A program made the translations under genes and the position numbers. DNA of 64,000 nt, taken from positions 55,988,001-56,052,000 of the forward strand of contig CM059432.1 of assembly GCA_030390025.1 (NCBI GenBank), given 5' to 3'. The DNA is from Squalus acanthias. Lineage: Eukaryota. The notes beneath the pieces are model-generated. The model was not told the DNA's origin. It did no database searches and saw only the letters and a list, made by a program, of their open reading frames with translations. Numbering within the stretch: position 1 is the stretch's first letter; every line of letters starts with the position of its first letter. Positions 12,946-24,476 of the stretch are shown piece by piece.

Positions 12946-13899
12946 CTTTTCAGAAGTTTCTTGTGCAGAATCTTTTTAAACACCTTCTGAAATCCATGGA
13001 TAAGATATCCTCAATCCTTGTACCTTCCTCCCTTTTTGAATAACGATGTAATATTTGCCATCTTCCAGTGTCATCCCTGAATCCAACAGGGTTTTTCAAA
13101 TTATAAGTAATGAATCCCCTATTTCTTTTAATGTGTTAGCTTATTTATTAGTCTTTCTATTTATTATAATCCCTGTAAGTTTCTGTAAATTTCTCTCTCT
13201 TGTAAACGTCTAGTCTTCTCTGTACCGCCAGTATTGGATCCTTTTCTAATGTGAAGACCAAAGCAAAATATATATTTAGCAATTCGACCATGTCATTATT
13301 ACCTACTGTTGTCACATCTAATTCTGTATAATACTTCTTTGCCAAACTCTCAATCGATGTATTTATAATGGCCTATATAATATTTTCACACTCCACATTT
13401 GCCAGCTTCATTATTTTCTTGGTCTCCTTTTGTTGCTGTCTATAACCCTCCAAGTGCAAATTCCTGCTACTTATAATCACTCTTGTATAATCCTTCTCTC
13501 TTTGTTTAATACTCGCCCTAACCACTTCTGTAGACCATGTTTACATCACCCCAGAAGAACCTCTTTTGCCTTTTGGAGTATATACTTGTTTTATAATCCA
13601 CTAATTGCCTTCTTGAATATATTCCATTGTTGGTTCATAGATTGAGGGATAGATTTATACTGAAATGATGAAATATCCTATGAGACCCAATTGTACAACG
13701 TCTGAAAGGAGGAAGCTGAATTGGTAGAATGACCTTTTCTCATTTTAAGCAAACTGAGTACAGCACTTTTTTAGAAGTTGCAGACTGAATTTTACACACA
13801 CACCCTATTTGTGATTTATATGTGGGAAATTTTACTCTTGATTTATTCCTTTGTTCAAAATACTTCATGTTGGAAAACAATTGTTGGATTTGTTCACAG

Positions 13900-14003
13900 A
13901 CTCTGTATAAGACTCAGGTTAAGGAGCTGAAAGAAGAAAATGAGGAGAAGAACAGAATAAATAGTGACCTTCAGAAGAGGATGCAGGAACTTATCAGTGA
14001 AAG
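13900..14003 (+). CDS. ROCK1: ROCK1 exon (~22): TLYKTQVKELKEENEEKNRINSDLQKRMQELISE(R)
   Basis: cacag acceptor, AG|gtagaa donor; TLYKTQVKELKEE motif. Confidence 0.96.
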
Positions 14004-14436
14004 GTAGAAAACTTGATGTTACAAACTGTATTTTTCAAAGGATGACTGGTGCTGAAATATTATAGTATCAGATGGAAGACATGAACATATTGCCTAACTT
14101 ATATCTTGGGTAATCCCATAAATCTGTTTTGTACTTATTGGATGAGTTATATATCTAAATGGTATTGGTCTACGGGATACAACACAAGGGAACGATCTGG
14201 GGTATTTATGGATAGCTCACTGTAACCGACAGCAGTAAAAAGCCAAATGAAATTACGGTATAAAGCTCGAGGGATCAAGCATAAGTACCAAGAAGTGATA
14301 AAAGTTGACCTCAACTTTGAGGCCAGGATACTGGCATTCAGTTAAGCATCAGCTAGAAGCCAAGATGGGAAGATGGTGGGTTCACTGTTTTAGAAGGATG
14401 TGACCAGTTGAGTTAACAAGAGCCTTTATTACCTTT

Positions 14437-14897
14437 AACAACTTGCATTTATATAGCGCCTTTAACATAGTAAAACGTCTCAAGGTGCTTCACAGGAATG
14501 TAAATCAAACAAAATTTGACACCAAGCCACATGAAGTAATATTAGGATAGGTCAAAGAGGTAGACTTTAAGGAGCATTTTAAGAGAGGCAGAGAGGTTTA
14601 GGGATGGAATTCCAGAACTTAAGGCCTAGGCAGCTGAAGGCACGGCCACCAATGTTGGAGAGCACTGGTCTGGCCTCACCTTCTGTGTGCGCTTCTCCGC
14701 CTCTCTACCTCTCTCTCCTTTTAAGACACTCCTTAAAACCTACCTCTTTGACCAAGCTTTTGGTCACCTGCCCTAATTTCTCCTTATGTGGCTCGGTGTC
14801 AAATTTTTTGTCTTGTGAAGCGCCTTGGGACGTTTTACTATGTTATATAAATACAAAGGCGCTATATAAATACAAGTTGTTGTTGTTGTTGTTGTTC
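14437..14897. mobile_element. Two L2 3' ends in inverted orientation
   Basis: aacaacttgcatttatatagcgcc (minus) ... ggcgctatataaatacaagttgttgttg (plus). Confidence 0.8.
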
Positions 14898-15584
14898 TGA
14901 TCAGTGTAACAACTATGGGGACATCCTGGCATTGGAGTGGGTACAGTGAAGGGCGACTGAACTGGCATCTTGGATTAGGCTACAGCAATTGGGAATGTTT
15001 ACACTGGAGAAAGGAAGACTCGGGTGCGATCTTATTTAGGTATTGAAGATTCAAAACATTATAGATAAATTGAACCATAATTTTTGATGCAACAAGTTCT
15101 GCAAGAAACCACAAACTGAAACTTGGAAGAGGGAAGATGAACAGATAGTTTACATTTAATTACTTTACACAGGGTTCTGAATATATGGGACAGACTGCCT
15201 GGCAGACAGCAGAAGTGGATAGTATCTGCAAATTTGTGAGGGAACTGGACAGATATTTGGCAGAGAAGTGATTGAGATGTATGAGAGTAATGTATCATTT
15301 TTTCAAACTTTGAGATTGGCCCAATGAGCTGCAATGGTCTCTTCCTGTCCTGCACAGGAATGTCCCTATCTGATATGCGTAATAGCTTCTTTGGAATTGG
15401 TAGGTTCAATAAATTCAGAGATGCGCATCCATTCCTATCAACCGTGAAGTGTAGACTTTTGAAAATATGGTGCTACAGGCACCAAAATTAAATACTTTTG
15501 TTGTAAAATCTGGCTTTAAAAAAAAAGCTTGGAGCTAGTGTCTGAATAAACATAAGTAGGATTTTTGGGATGTCTTATACACAC

Positions 15585-15808
15585 AGTGAGGTATGGTAAC
15601 CTAGTGGTTATGGTATGGGCTCTTGTCATAGATCATCAGTTCAGATCCCACCATGGTAAGTTGTGAAATTAAGTTCAATAAATATTTTATTTTGTGGTCT
15701 AGTTCCAAAAACTTATGGATTGTCATAAAACCCAACTGGTTCACTTCCTTCAGGAAAGGGAGCTTGCCACCCTTACCTAGTCAGCATAAGTGTGATTCCA
15801 GTTCCACA
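15585..15808 (+). mobile_element. tRNA-derived SINE, 5' part (same family as 57678-58115)
   Basis: agtggttatggtatgg...gttcagatcccaccatgg head; ggattgtcataaaacccaactggttcac body. Confidence 0.6.
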
Positions 15809-16549
15809 TACCCTTTACTATCAGGTTGGCTTGATTTCTTTTGTACTTGATTTATTATTGAACCTATCAGCAACAACCCTAGCATTATATCAAGACAAAA
15901 CTTAGGCACTCTCAAAATTTAGGTTTAATGGTTCAACAGTGCACACAAGCATCAAACAATACATACAACCTTAAATCGATGCTTCAAGTGTCAATCCGGT
16001 GGAGTGATCAGTTTCTGTAGCACTTGAGGTTCTTCTTGGATGTCCTTCCTTTAGACAAGCTTCTTCAAGCTCCGTTGACTGCGGTGTTTGACCTGCTTCG
16101 ATGACTTGTTATGTTGTTTTTGCCGGTTGGGGTGTGAGTAAAAGTTAGCAGAGACCCAGTTTTGGCCAATCACTCACTGTTGCTAGACCTCAATGGTTAT
16201 TTTGATTGGTTGGTCATGCATCACTCTGTTTCCTGAGATTATGTCAGACCAGGTGCAACTCCTAGCGTCTCGCTCATTCCACTCAGACATGTCCTAATTT
16301 TCAACGGTTTTCCAACTACTTCCACAGTTTCCAACCACATTGTTCTATCGTGAGGGGTCTAACCGTTTGGACTCTATTTCTGTTCTGTACTGTCTGGCAG
16401 TTTTTCTGCACATGCTGTTTTTAATTTTAAGTTCACATTGGTTTTTAACTCCTTCATTCATGACATGCTTTTATGGTTCCACTCCTTGTTCAAACGCAAT
16501 CACTAAGTTTCCTCAAATAGTTTCTGCTCCCATGCCCCCACGGTCACGT

Positions 16550-17560
16550 TTTGGTGTGCCACAAGGCTTTTTCCTTGTTCGCCTCCAATAATTAATCTAC
16601 ATACTACCACTTTATGATATCATCCACAAGCATTGCGCCAGCTTCCACATGTATATTGATGACGCTCACATCTGCCTTTCTTCATCACTCCATTGCTGTT
16701 GCAATCCTATACAACTGCTGTTTGGCATAAAGTCTTGGTTGAGTCATAACTCCCTATAGTTCAATATTGACAATACTGAGGATATCTAATTCTGATGAAA
16801 GGTCTTCGACCTGAAACGTTAACTTTGTTTCTCTCTCCACAGATGCTGCCTGACTTGCTGAGTATTTCCAGCATTTTCTGTTTTTATTTCAGATTTGCAG
16901 CATCTGCAGTATTTTGCTTTTGTACTGAGTATATCTATTGGCTCTTGCCAATACCTATGTACCACTGATGCTGACTGCTCGCTCGGGCTGAGACCTGTGG
17001 TGTGCAAACCTGGCATTCTCTTTGACCATGAACTGACCTTTCTACCCCAAAATCATCGTCTTCCATCTCTGGAACTTTGTCTGCATTATATCCTCAGCCC
17101 ATTCCAACTGCTGCTGAAACCCTTATCCACACCTTTAACAGGTCAAGGATTGTTTGGTCCAATGCTCTACCTTCAGCTTTCACACACTTCATTAATTGAG
17201 AAGTTTGCAGCCTGTGCCCTCTCCTGTCCAAAGTCATGCACCCAATCACCCATCTTCAGAAAACTCCATTAGCTCCTTTTGCCCCAGACGATTTCCAGAT
17301 CTTTATCCTCACTTTCAAGTCCAGCTGTGATCTCACCCCATCCTACTTGAGGAATCTTCTTTGTGTCTGGGCCCATATCCTCCATTCTTCTGACGCTGGT
17401 TTACTGCTTGCTCTCCACCCCTCTGCTCCACCACTGGAGTCCAGTCTTTCAGCCAGTACAGCCTAAACCACTTTGCCTTGCTATGTCTTTCCCTGATTTC
17501 AAAAGTCTCTTGTGCCTTCCCCCCCATCAAGTTCCTTCACTCACTGTTCAGTTTCCTCCT
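16550..17560 (+). mobile_element. Degraded L2 RT/3' region, interrupted at 16789-16922
   Basis: GVPQG and FHMYIDDAHI remnants, pyrimidine-rich L2 body. Confidence 0.65.
16789..16922 (+). mobile_element. Single-arm family A Penelope-type element with hammerhead core and 15-bp TSD
   Basis: TSD tactgag(g/t)atatcta at 16774-16788 and 16923-16937; CTGATGA-A-AGGTC(ttc)GACCT-GAAACGTT. Confidence 0.8.
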
Positions 17561-19003
17561 CTCCTGAAAGTTTCAGCTTATGCACAAGTTCAGATCTACA
17601 ACAGCCGAAACCCAGTCATTCCTTTCCCAAGTGGCCCTTCATTATCTCTGAGCCTGGACAGCTATTGTGGAACCCACTCCAGGTCTTCACCCAGTGTGTA
17701 AGCACATGGTCACTACCAGCAGCTGTTGTTGGATTCATTAATTATTCCCCATCATCTACAAACAGTCACTCTGCCCCTCCCCAACCCCGGCCCCGGCCAA
17801 GAGTGGAATGCTGTGGTCAGTTGTGTGCCTTCATTCCTGCCCCAGCTGAACTTGGTTGAATCAGAATAGACAAGTAACTGAAGTTGGGACTTCACTGCAT
17901 GAGGTTTAGTACCACACTATATGGTGCATTTACACATTGACCCATTTTTTTGGAGGAAGAAAGGACAGAGACGGGCTTTGTATGGCGTTTTTCAAAATTA
18001 GTGTTAAATAGGCAAGCGTACTATAGATTAGTGTGCTTCAGTTGAAATAGGATTATCAATTCAAGATGTGGGGATAGAATGGGTCCTTATGAATTGGGCA
18101 ATGTTGCAACACATCAATGCACCAAAACATTGTGGAGAGGAAAGAGCTAGCTTTGGGTTATTCTGAGCTGCTTTTTTTGAGGTTGGCTCCAGAAATTTAT
18201 GATCAATATTGTGAAAAATATTGACACTAACATTTATCAGATCTACAGTCATTTAAAAAAAAACTCTTTACAAAATAATATATATATTTTATCCTGTCTC
18301 TTTCCTTAGTTTTCTTCTGTGCACACAACCTGCTCCCATGTCTCAACCATTCCTTCTCTTTCTTGGCTACTAGGAAGCATCTCAGCTGAGCAAAGACTGC
18401 TTACAGATTTGGTATTTTTTCCCCCACTTGACTTCAGCATGGCTGTGAGCCTGCACTATCCCACTTCTTGGTGCTACACTTTGGTGCACAGATACACTGT
18501 GCTGCAGTATGGTTTAAAAACAGCTACTCTGGGATGTACACAAGCTTCCCCTTGTTACTGGTGCAACTACAAAGGGGAGTAGCAAAATCAAATGATTTTT
18601 TTGAGAGATAGTGAATATTTTGTAACTAATGAACTTCTCCATACCTTTCCTTCTCCTTTAATACCCCTTTCTCAAATTGGTCTTCGAATTAATGCAGCAT
18701 GTGCTGTGCATGTTGTGGTCTTTCTTTTGGCTCTTAGCAGCCAGACCTTAAAGGAAACATTGGCAGCTGCCACCCAAAAGGTAAGTTGAACATTTGTGAC
18801 TTTTTGAGGAGCCACGAGTTGGTACCCCTGCCAGTCACCGCTCACCGCCACTCCACCCCCCCCCCTCCCAATTCGAATTCGATCCGATCCAATTTCTAGG
18901 CCCTAATGTTTATGGTACAAACTATAATACTGTATTCTTTATCACAGAATATATTTATAAGACTGCCATTATTATGTATGTTAATTTTTCTGTCTTCCAC
19001 CAG

Positions 19004-19169
19004 GGATTCATTATGTTCACAAATGGATCTAACTATAACTAAAGCAGAATCTGAGCAGCTAGCTCGAGCTATTGCCGAGGATCAATGTTTTGAACTTGAT
19101 CAGGAACTGAAGAAAGTAATGATGCGACACAAGCAAGAGCAAAATGAGAAGGTCAACACCATTACCTTA
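19004..19169 (+). CDS. ROCK1: ROCK1 exon (~23): DSLCSQMDLTITKAESEQLARAIAEDQ...NTITL
   Basis: ccaccag acceptor, TTA|gtaagc donor; TKAESEQLAR motif. Confidence 0.96.
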
Positions 19170-19334
19170 GTAAGCTTGGCAGTTTTACACACACTAACTC
19201 AAATAATGTATAAACTATTGCATATATTAGCTGGAATAATGTTTAAACCTTTCATTATGTCTTCATGCTTTTAGTGATATTTAGCATTGCATTTTCTTTT
19301 ATAAAAATATGCATATATGTTTATTCATGTTTAG

Positions 19335-19428
19335 CTAGAGGAATCAAATAGAACCCTGACCAAAGATGTAGAAAATCTATCAAAGGAAAAAGCAGAGCTT
19401 GATGAAAAACTGAAGTCTATGGGAGAAG
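19335..19428 (+). CDS. ROCK1: ROCK1 exon (~24): LEESNRTLTKDVENLSKEKAELDEKLKSMGE
   Basis: tttag acceptor, G|gtatga donor; homologous to LEEANSMLTKD. Confidence 0.94.
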
Positions 19429-20144
19429 GTATGAAATGTATCTGATCACATTATTATAATAGCATTTAGATTGACTATTTTGTTCATGCCAATCCTCTTC
19501 CCAGGAGACGGGTTGTCCATTTAAATATTATAATGAGGCTAGAAGCCTCTGCATTAACCTCCATTTTGAGTTTAACTTTAGCTAGTCGGGTTTTGCACGC
19601 CTCGTGAAACCCACCAACTAATGCAAGGTGAGGACTGCTGGATCCAGGAGGTAAGTGGCTTTACTGGATCCAGGGTCTCTACCTAACCCACCCCCTGCAA
19701 TGTATCCGGTAATATGAGAGCAAGAGGAGGGAGAAAGTATTGTTTATATATCCTATTATAATCCCGTTTAAGAACTCTGGTCAATTAGAGAAAAAAAGAA
19801 AATAAGATAGTATGAGATGTGTTCAAATGTTTAAAACATTTAGAATTCAGATGGTAACCTTCTAAAACTCCGAGCTGTCTAAATATATAGTTATCATACA
19901 AATGATTATAATGCTGTAAATTGGCTGAGCTGTAATAGATAAACATATGAAGCAAAGGAAGATAGGGCTATGGGGAGAGCAGGGCATTGGGATTAGGTTT
20001 GGATTGCTCTATCAAAGACCGTCTTCAGTGTTGTAAACTTGTATGGTTCTTCTATCTCACTTGTTTAAGTAAACACACAGATCAACATTAAGTACTCACA
20101 CTATCATAAATAACTGTTATTACTTTCAACAACTTGTATTTCAG

Positions 20145-20230
20145 GGTCACAGAAGAGGGAGGAAGACTTAAACAACATGAAAACTAATTATGAAAAAATA
20201 ATTAACCAGGAACGCACACTGAAAACACAG
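20145..20230 (+). CDS. ROCK1: ROCK1 exon (~25): (G)SQKREEDLNNMKTNYEKIINQERTLKTQ, N-part of Rho-binding domain
   Basis: tttcag acceptor, CAG|gtagat donor; ERTLKTQ motif. Confidence 0.93.
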
Positions 20231-20357
20231 GTAGATTTTTTTTAAATTCTCTCCTAACTATATAAATAGCCACATTTTAATGCAGTTTTCTAGTAGTTTG
20301 TACTGGTTCTGTCTTGTGGGTACATTTACATGCATGTTGTATGTTTGCATCAATTAG

Positions 20358-20546
20358 GCTGTTAATAAACTTGCTGAGATTATATACCGAAAAGATATGA
20401 AAGTGGATCGGAAGAAAGCAAATACAGCAGATGTCCGAAAAAAAGAAAAGGAAAACAAAAAATTGCAACTGGAATTGAACCAAGAGAGGGAGAAATTCAG
20501 TCAGATGGTTATGAAGTATCAGAAGGATTCTAGTGAAATGCAAGCA
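20358..20546 (+). CDS. ROCK1: ROCK1 exon (~26): AVNKLAEIIYRKDMKVDRKKANTADVRKKEKENKKLQLELNQEREK...EMQA
   Basis: attag acceptor, GCA|gtaagg donor; AVNKLAEI RBD core; DRKKANT is ROCK1-type. Confidence 0.97.
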
Positions 20547-21455
20547 GTAAGGAAATATGCTAACTTTCATTTTTATATAGATACATAATCTATTAAAAAT
20601 CTTAGCTGTGCACACTTCTGTAAATGTTTCTATTGTAAATTCATATGTCCACATTGTCATGCTGTAATTACACACTCCTACCAGTGGTGGCACTGCAGTG
20701 CCTCTAGTGGGGAGGGGATGTCATTACAGCATGACAAGTTGACAAAGGTAGTTTCCATTAGAAATATGGGCATAGGAGTTTTATAATGGAGATTAAAGAA
20801 TAAGTGCAAAATGTATGACTTCAAAATGGGGACACAATTTTATCTATACACCCTGGTCAAGTATTCCCGAATATGAGAGAGATAGCTGTGTTTGCGCACT
20901 GGTTCTGTCTTGTGGGTATATTTACATGCATATTTTTTATATATATATATGAGAGAGAGAGAGAGCAATAGAGATCCTCTTGTAGTGTGGACTGCAGCAA
21001 ATTCAACATCAAACCAGAAAGGGTGAGAATATGGTCCAAGGTTGCCACATGTAGCCAGAAAGTGGTGTGGACTGCCCAGGTTGCCTCCCTGTTTTGATGT
21101 AGGTGAGATCAGGAACTGTGCAGAACAAGACTTGAATGGCCATTCCATAGTATTTAGTGTTGGTATGCTAAATGCTGCTTTCATTTCCATACATTTCAGG
21201 GAATAAGTCATGCCATCATGTAGTTTTTTTATGATTTACAAACATGAGATTGTGATTTATGAATCCTTGTAGTCAATCTTTTGGTCAGTCAACTAACTGC
21301 CAAAAAAGTTGCAGGTATGATTTTGCACTAGTACAATGAAATATATTTTATAAAAGCATTTTTAACTGAAAGTGGCCTTGAAGACTTTTTGCTATTATCC
21401 TAAAACACCACTTTTTTTTCTCTCATTTTGACTTCATTTTGTTTGAATATTACAG

Positions 21456-21621
21456 CAATTAGCAGAGGAATCTAACCTTCGTACAGAGCTCCAAATGCAG
21501 CTTGATAGTAAGGACAGTGATCTTGAGCAGCTTCGTTCTAAGCTTCAGGACCTCCAGCTCCGTATGGATAACACAAGTGTAGCCAGCTTACAGACAGAGG
21601 ATTCTGATGGAAATGTAGCTG
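21456..21621 (+). CDS. ROCK1: ROCK1 exon (~27): QLAEESNLRTELQMQLDSKDSDLEQLRSKL...TEDSDGNVA
   Basis: tacag acceptor, G|gtaaga donor. Confidence 0.96.
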
Positions 21622-23539
21622 GTAAGATTGACTCAAACTTGACATTTACTTTAGGACAAAGCCCTTTGTGTTTAGGTATTCAAGAAATTAATTTAATTAA
21701 AAATTATTTTGAAAAATTGAACAATAGTTTATGTACATCCTTTTTATGTTGGTAAAAGCAGATGATTTTTTGAAGAAATCAGCATCAGAACATAATTACT
21801 AATTTTCTAAGTTTATTTTTACTCTACACTTGTAAACATTATCCATCCCACTCCCAGTGTTAGGTTATTTTACCCGAGCTGCCCTTGGTCAAGTAGGGGG
21901 GCTGAGTGGTACAATGGATTAGCATCTCTGGGACCAGAATTTCAATTCAGTCCAGAAAGAAAGGAATAAAGTCTCTCTTGCCTGATGGTTGTAAAGTCCA
22001 AAATAAAGTTAATTTGGACAATCTTGACACAATTCGACAGCAACGAAAAAAAAACTGGCTATAATTTAGCACTTGTTGGCATCTCATTTAGAGACTGTTG
22101 CGGTAAGTGGAGAAATTCATAGTGGCACATAATTGAGTATACTTCAGTGTTTAAGACAAATAGTTTGAGCAAAGAAGAGGGAGCTTTTAGTCTGTGGCTT
22201 ACTGTGCTATATTTCACCTAAAGAATGTTCAGGGCTAACTCTGTGCATTCAAAAGTTAAAAATGTTTGGTTCTACAGCAATAGCACCCCTCACTTAGAAC
22301 ATAAAAAATTCTCTTTTAAAATAGAATTAAACTGGTGGCATCTGTCATCATCTCTATGATGCTATTCCAATTTTGTTTGTGTCTGCTGGAAAGCAGTCTT
22401 GCAGTGACTGGTACTTGTGAGTTCAAATCCAGATTTTGTCACTGACATCTACTGTCACTGATATTGAGCTGCTAACATTCTTCATTATTAAATTGAACAT
22501 TCATTAAAAGGACAGTTATTTTAAGGAACAGAAGTCAAATCAGGATTGTATTATGGTAGAGTTTAAAAAAAAAAAAATCTTACTATAGAAGATTACTTAT
22601 CTTTTTTTATGGAAATGCCTTTTATTTTTTGTGCCTAGTTGGGTGTTCCTCTTACAACACATGTCTTATCTATCTTTTTCCAGTGAGTAATTGAAAGCCT
22701 TGTTCTGTTTGCACCTTCTGCTTGCTGGCTGGCATTTGATGTCTGACTCCATTTGTATCTGATTAAGTCGCTTTGCGATGTTTAAGGGACAGCATTCCTT
22801 TTTATCCATCTATACGGTCTTTATTGATGAACTGCGGAATTAGCCATGAGAATGTTTTAACATTTTAATTTAATAGGAACTCTCCGATACAATCAGAAGC
22901 AGTCATTAGTGTTTTAATTTGCCACAATTTTTCAGTTGACTGTTCAAAGCTAGAGATGTGTTAGTAGAGCTTCAGAGAAGGTTAATGCCCACTAAGTGCA
23001 TGATCAATTTTAAAGTAATGCGTTAATCCTTTGAGTACTCAAACTTTTCAGTTTTTTAAATAACTATATGTTTTATTGTATATGATTAAAACTATTCCTC
23101 TACTTTTTATATGAAGCATTATAAAGTAAAATTAGAGAATTTGCATAACCTTGTATGTTAAATAATTTTGGAATTTCCCACAAAATTATAATTCCCATGT
23201 TTTTTATTGTGGTGCAAAAGTGCAACTAGTTTTTAGAGTTCATCTCGTACAAGGGATACTGTCTTTTAAACCATTAAAATGCCAAATTTGAATAGCAATA
23301 TACAAAATAATGAATGCAGCTTAGCATGGTATCTATAATTTTTTTAAACAACCATGGCTGCTTTACCCTTTTGCTACCGAACTGCCTGTAGTTTTCCTAT
23401 TTTAACATATTTTTCATAATGTTGCAATATTCTGAAAATCACAGAACTATATGTTGCAAGAAAGACTGAGTATAAGGTTCAGAAAAAGTATTTTAAATCT
23501 TATTATTATGGTTAAGTGTACTGAACCTTGATCTTCTAT

Positions 23540-24476
23540 TTCTCATCTACATGCTGCCCCTCGGTGACATCATCCGAAGACATGATGTCAGGTTCCACAT
23601 GTACGCTGATGACGCCCAGGCCTACCTCACCACCATCTCTCTCGACCCCTCCACTGCCTCTTTGTTGTCAGACTGCTTGTCCAACATTCAGTCTTGGATA
23701 AGCCACAATTTCCTCCAAGTAAACATTAGGAAGACAGAAGCCATCGACTTCAGCCCCCATCACAAACTCCGTTCCCTCGCCACTGATTCCAACCTCCGCC
23801 CCGGCCACTGTCTTTGCTGAACCACTGCTCCCTTGGCATCCTATTTGGCCCTGAGCTGAACTTCTGACCCCATATTCTCTCCATCACAATGGTTGTCTAC
23901 TTCCACCACATAACATTGCTTGTCTTCACCCCTGGCTCAGCTTATCAGCTGCTGAAACTCTCCTGGCAGGCCTCCTATCTTCCAAACTTGAGCTCATCCA
24001 AAACTCTACTGCCCGTACCTAACCCGCACAAAGTCCCGCTCACACATCACCTCTGTGCTCGCTGACCTACATTGGCTCCTGGACCACCAACACCTCGATT
24101 TTAAAATGATTCTACTCAAATCCCTCCATGGCCTTGCTTTTTCCTATCGCTGAAACTTCCTCCAGCCCAACAAACCTCCCAAGAACCCTACGTTTCTCCA
24201 ACTCTGGCCTTTTATGCATCCCCTACTTCCTTCGCCCCACCACTGGCATTCATGCCTTAAACCGCCGAATCCCTAAGCTCTGGAAATTCCTCCCTAAATC
24301 TATTCACCTATTTTAGAACTCTCCTTAAAATCTACATCTTTGACCAAGATTTTAGTCATCTATCGTAATATTTCTTCCTTTGGCTTAGTGTCAATTTTTG
24401 TCTGATTACTTTCCTGTGAAGTGCCTTGGTTTGTTTTCCTACATTAAAGGCGCTCTATAAATTCAAGTCGTTGTTA
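23540..24476 (+). mobile_element. L2 LINE 3' part
   Basis: [26 protein letters not shown]...[12 protein letters not shown]2 tail. Confidence 0.9.

Noticed and set aside
15585..15660. tRNA gene
   Set aside because: Degenerate A/B-box-like SINE head with no cloverleaf.
18745..18780. 36-nt in-frame cassette using the third AG
   Set aside because: Reads AGA CCT TAA, an immediate stop in the ROCK1 frame.
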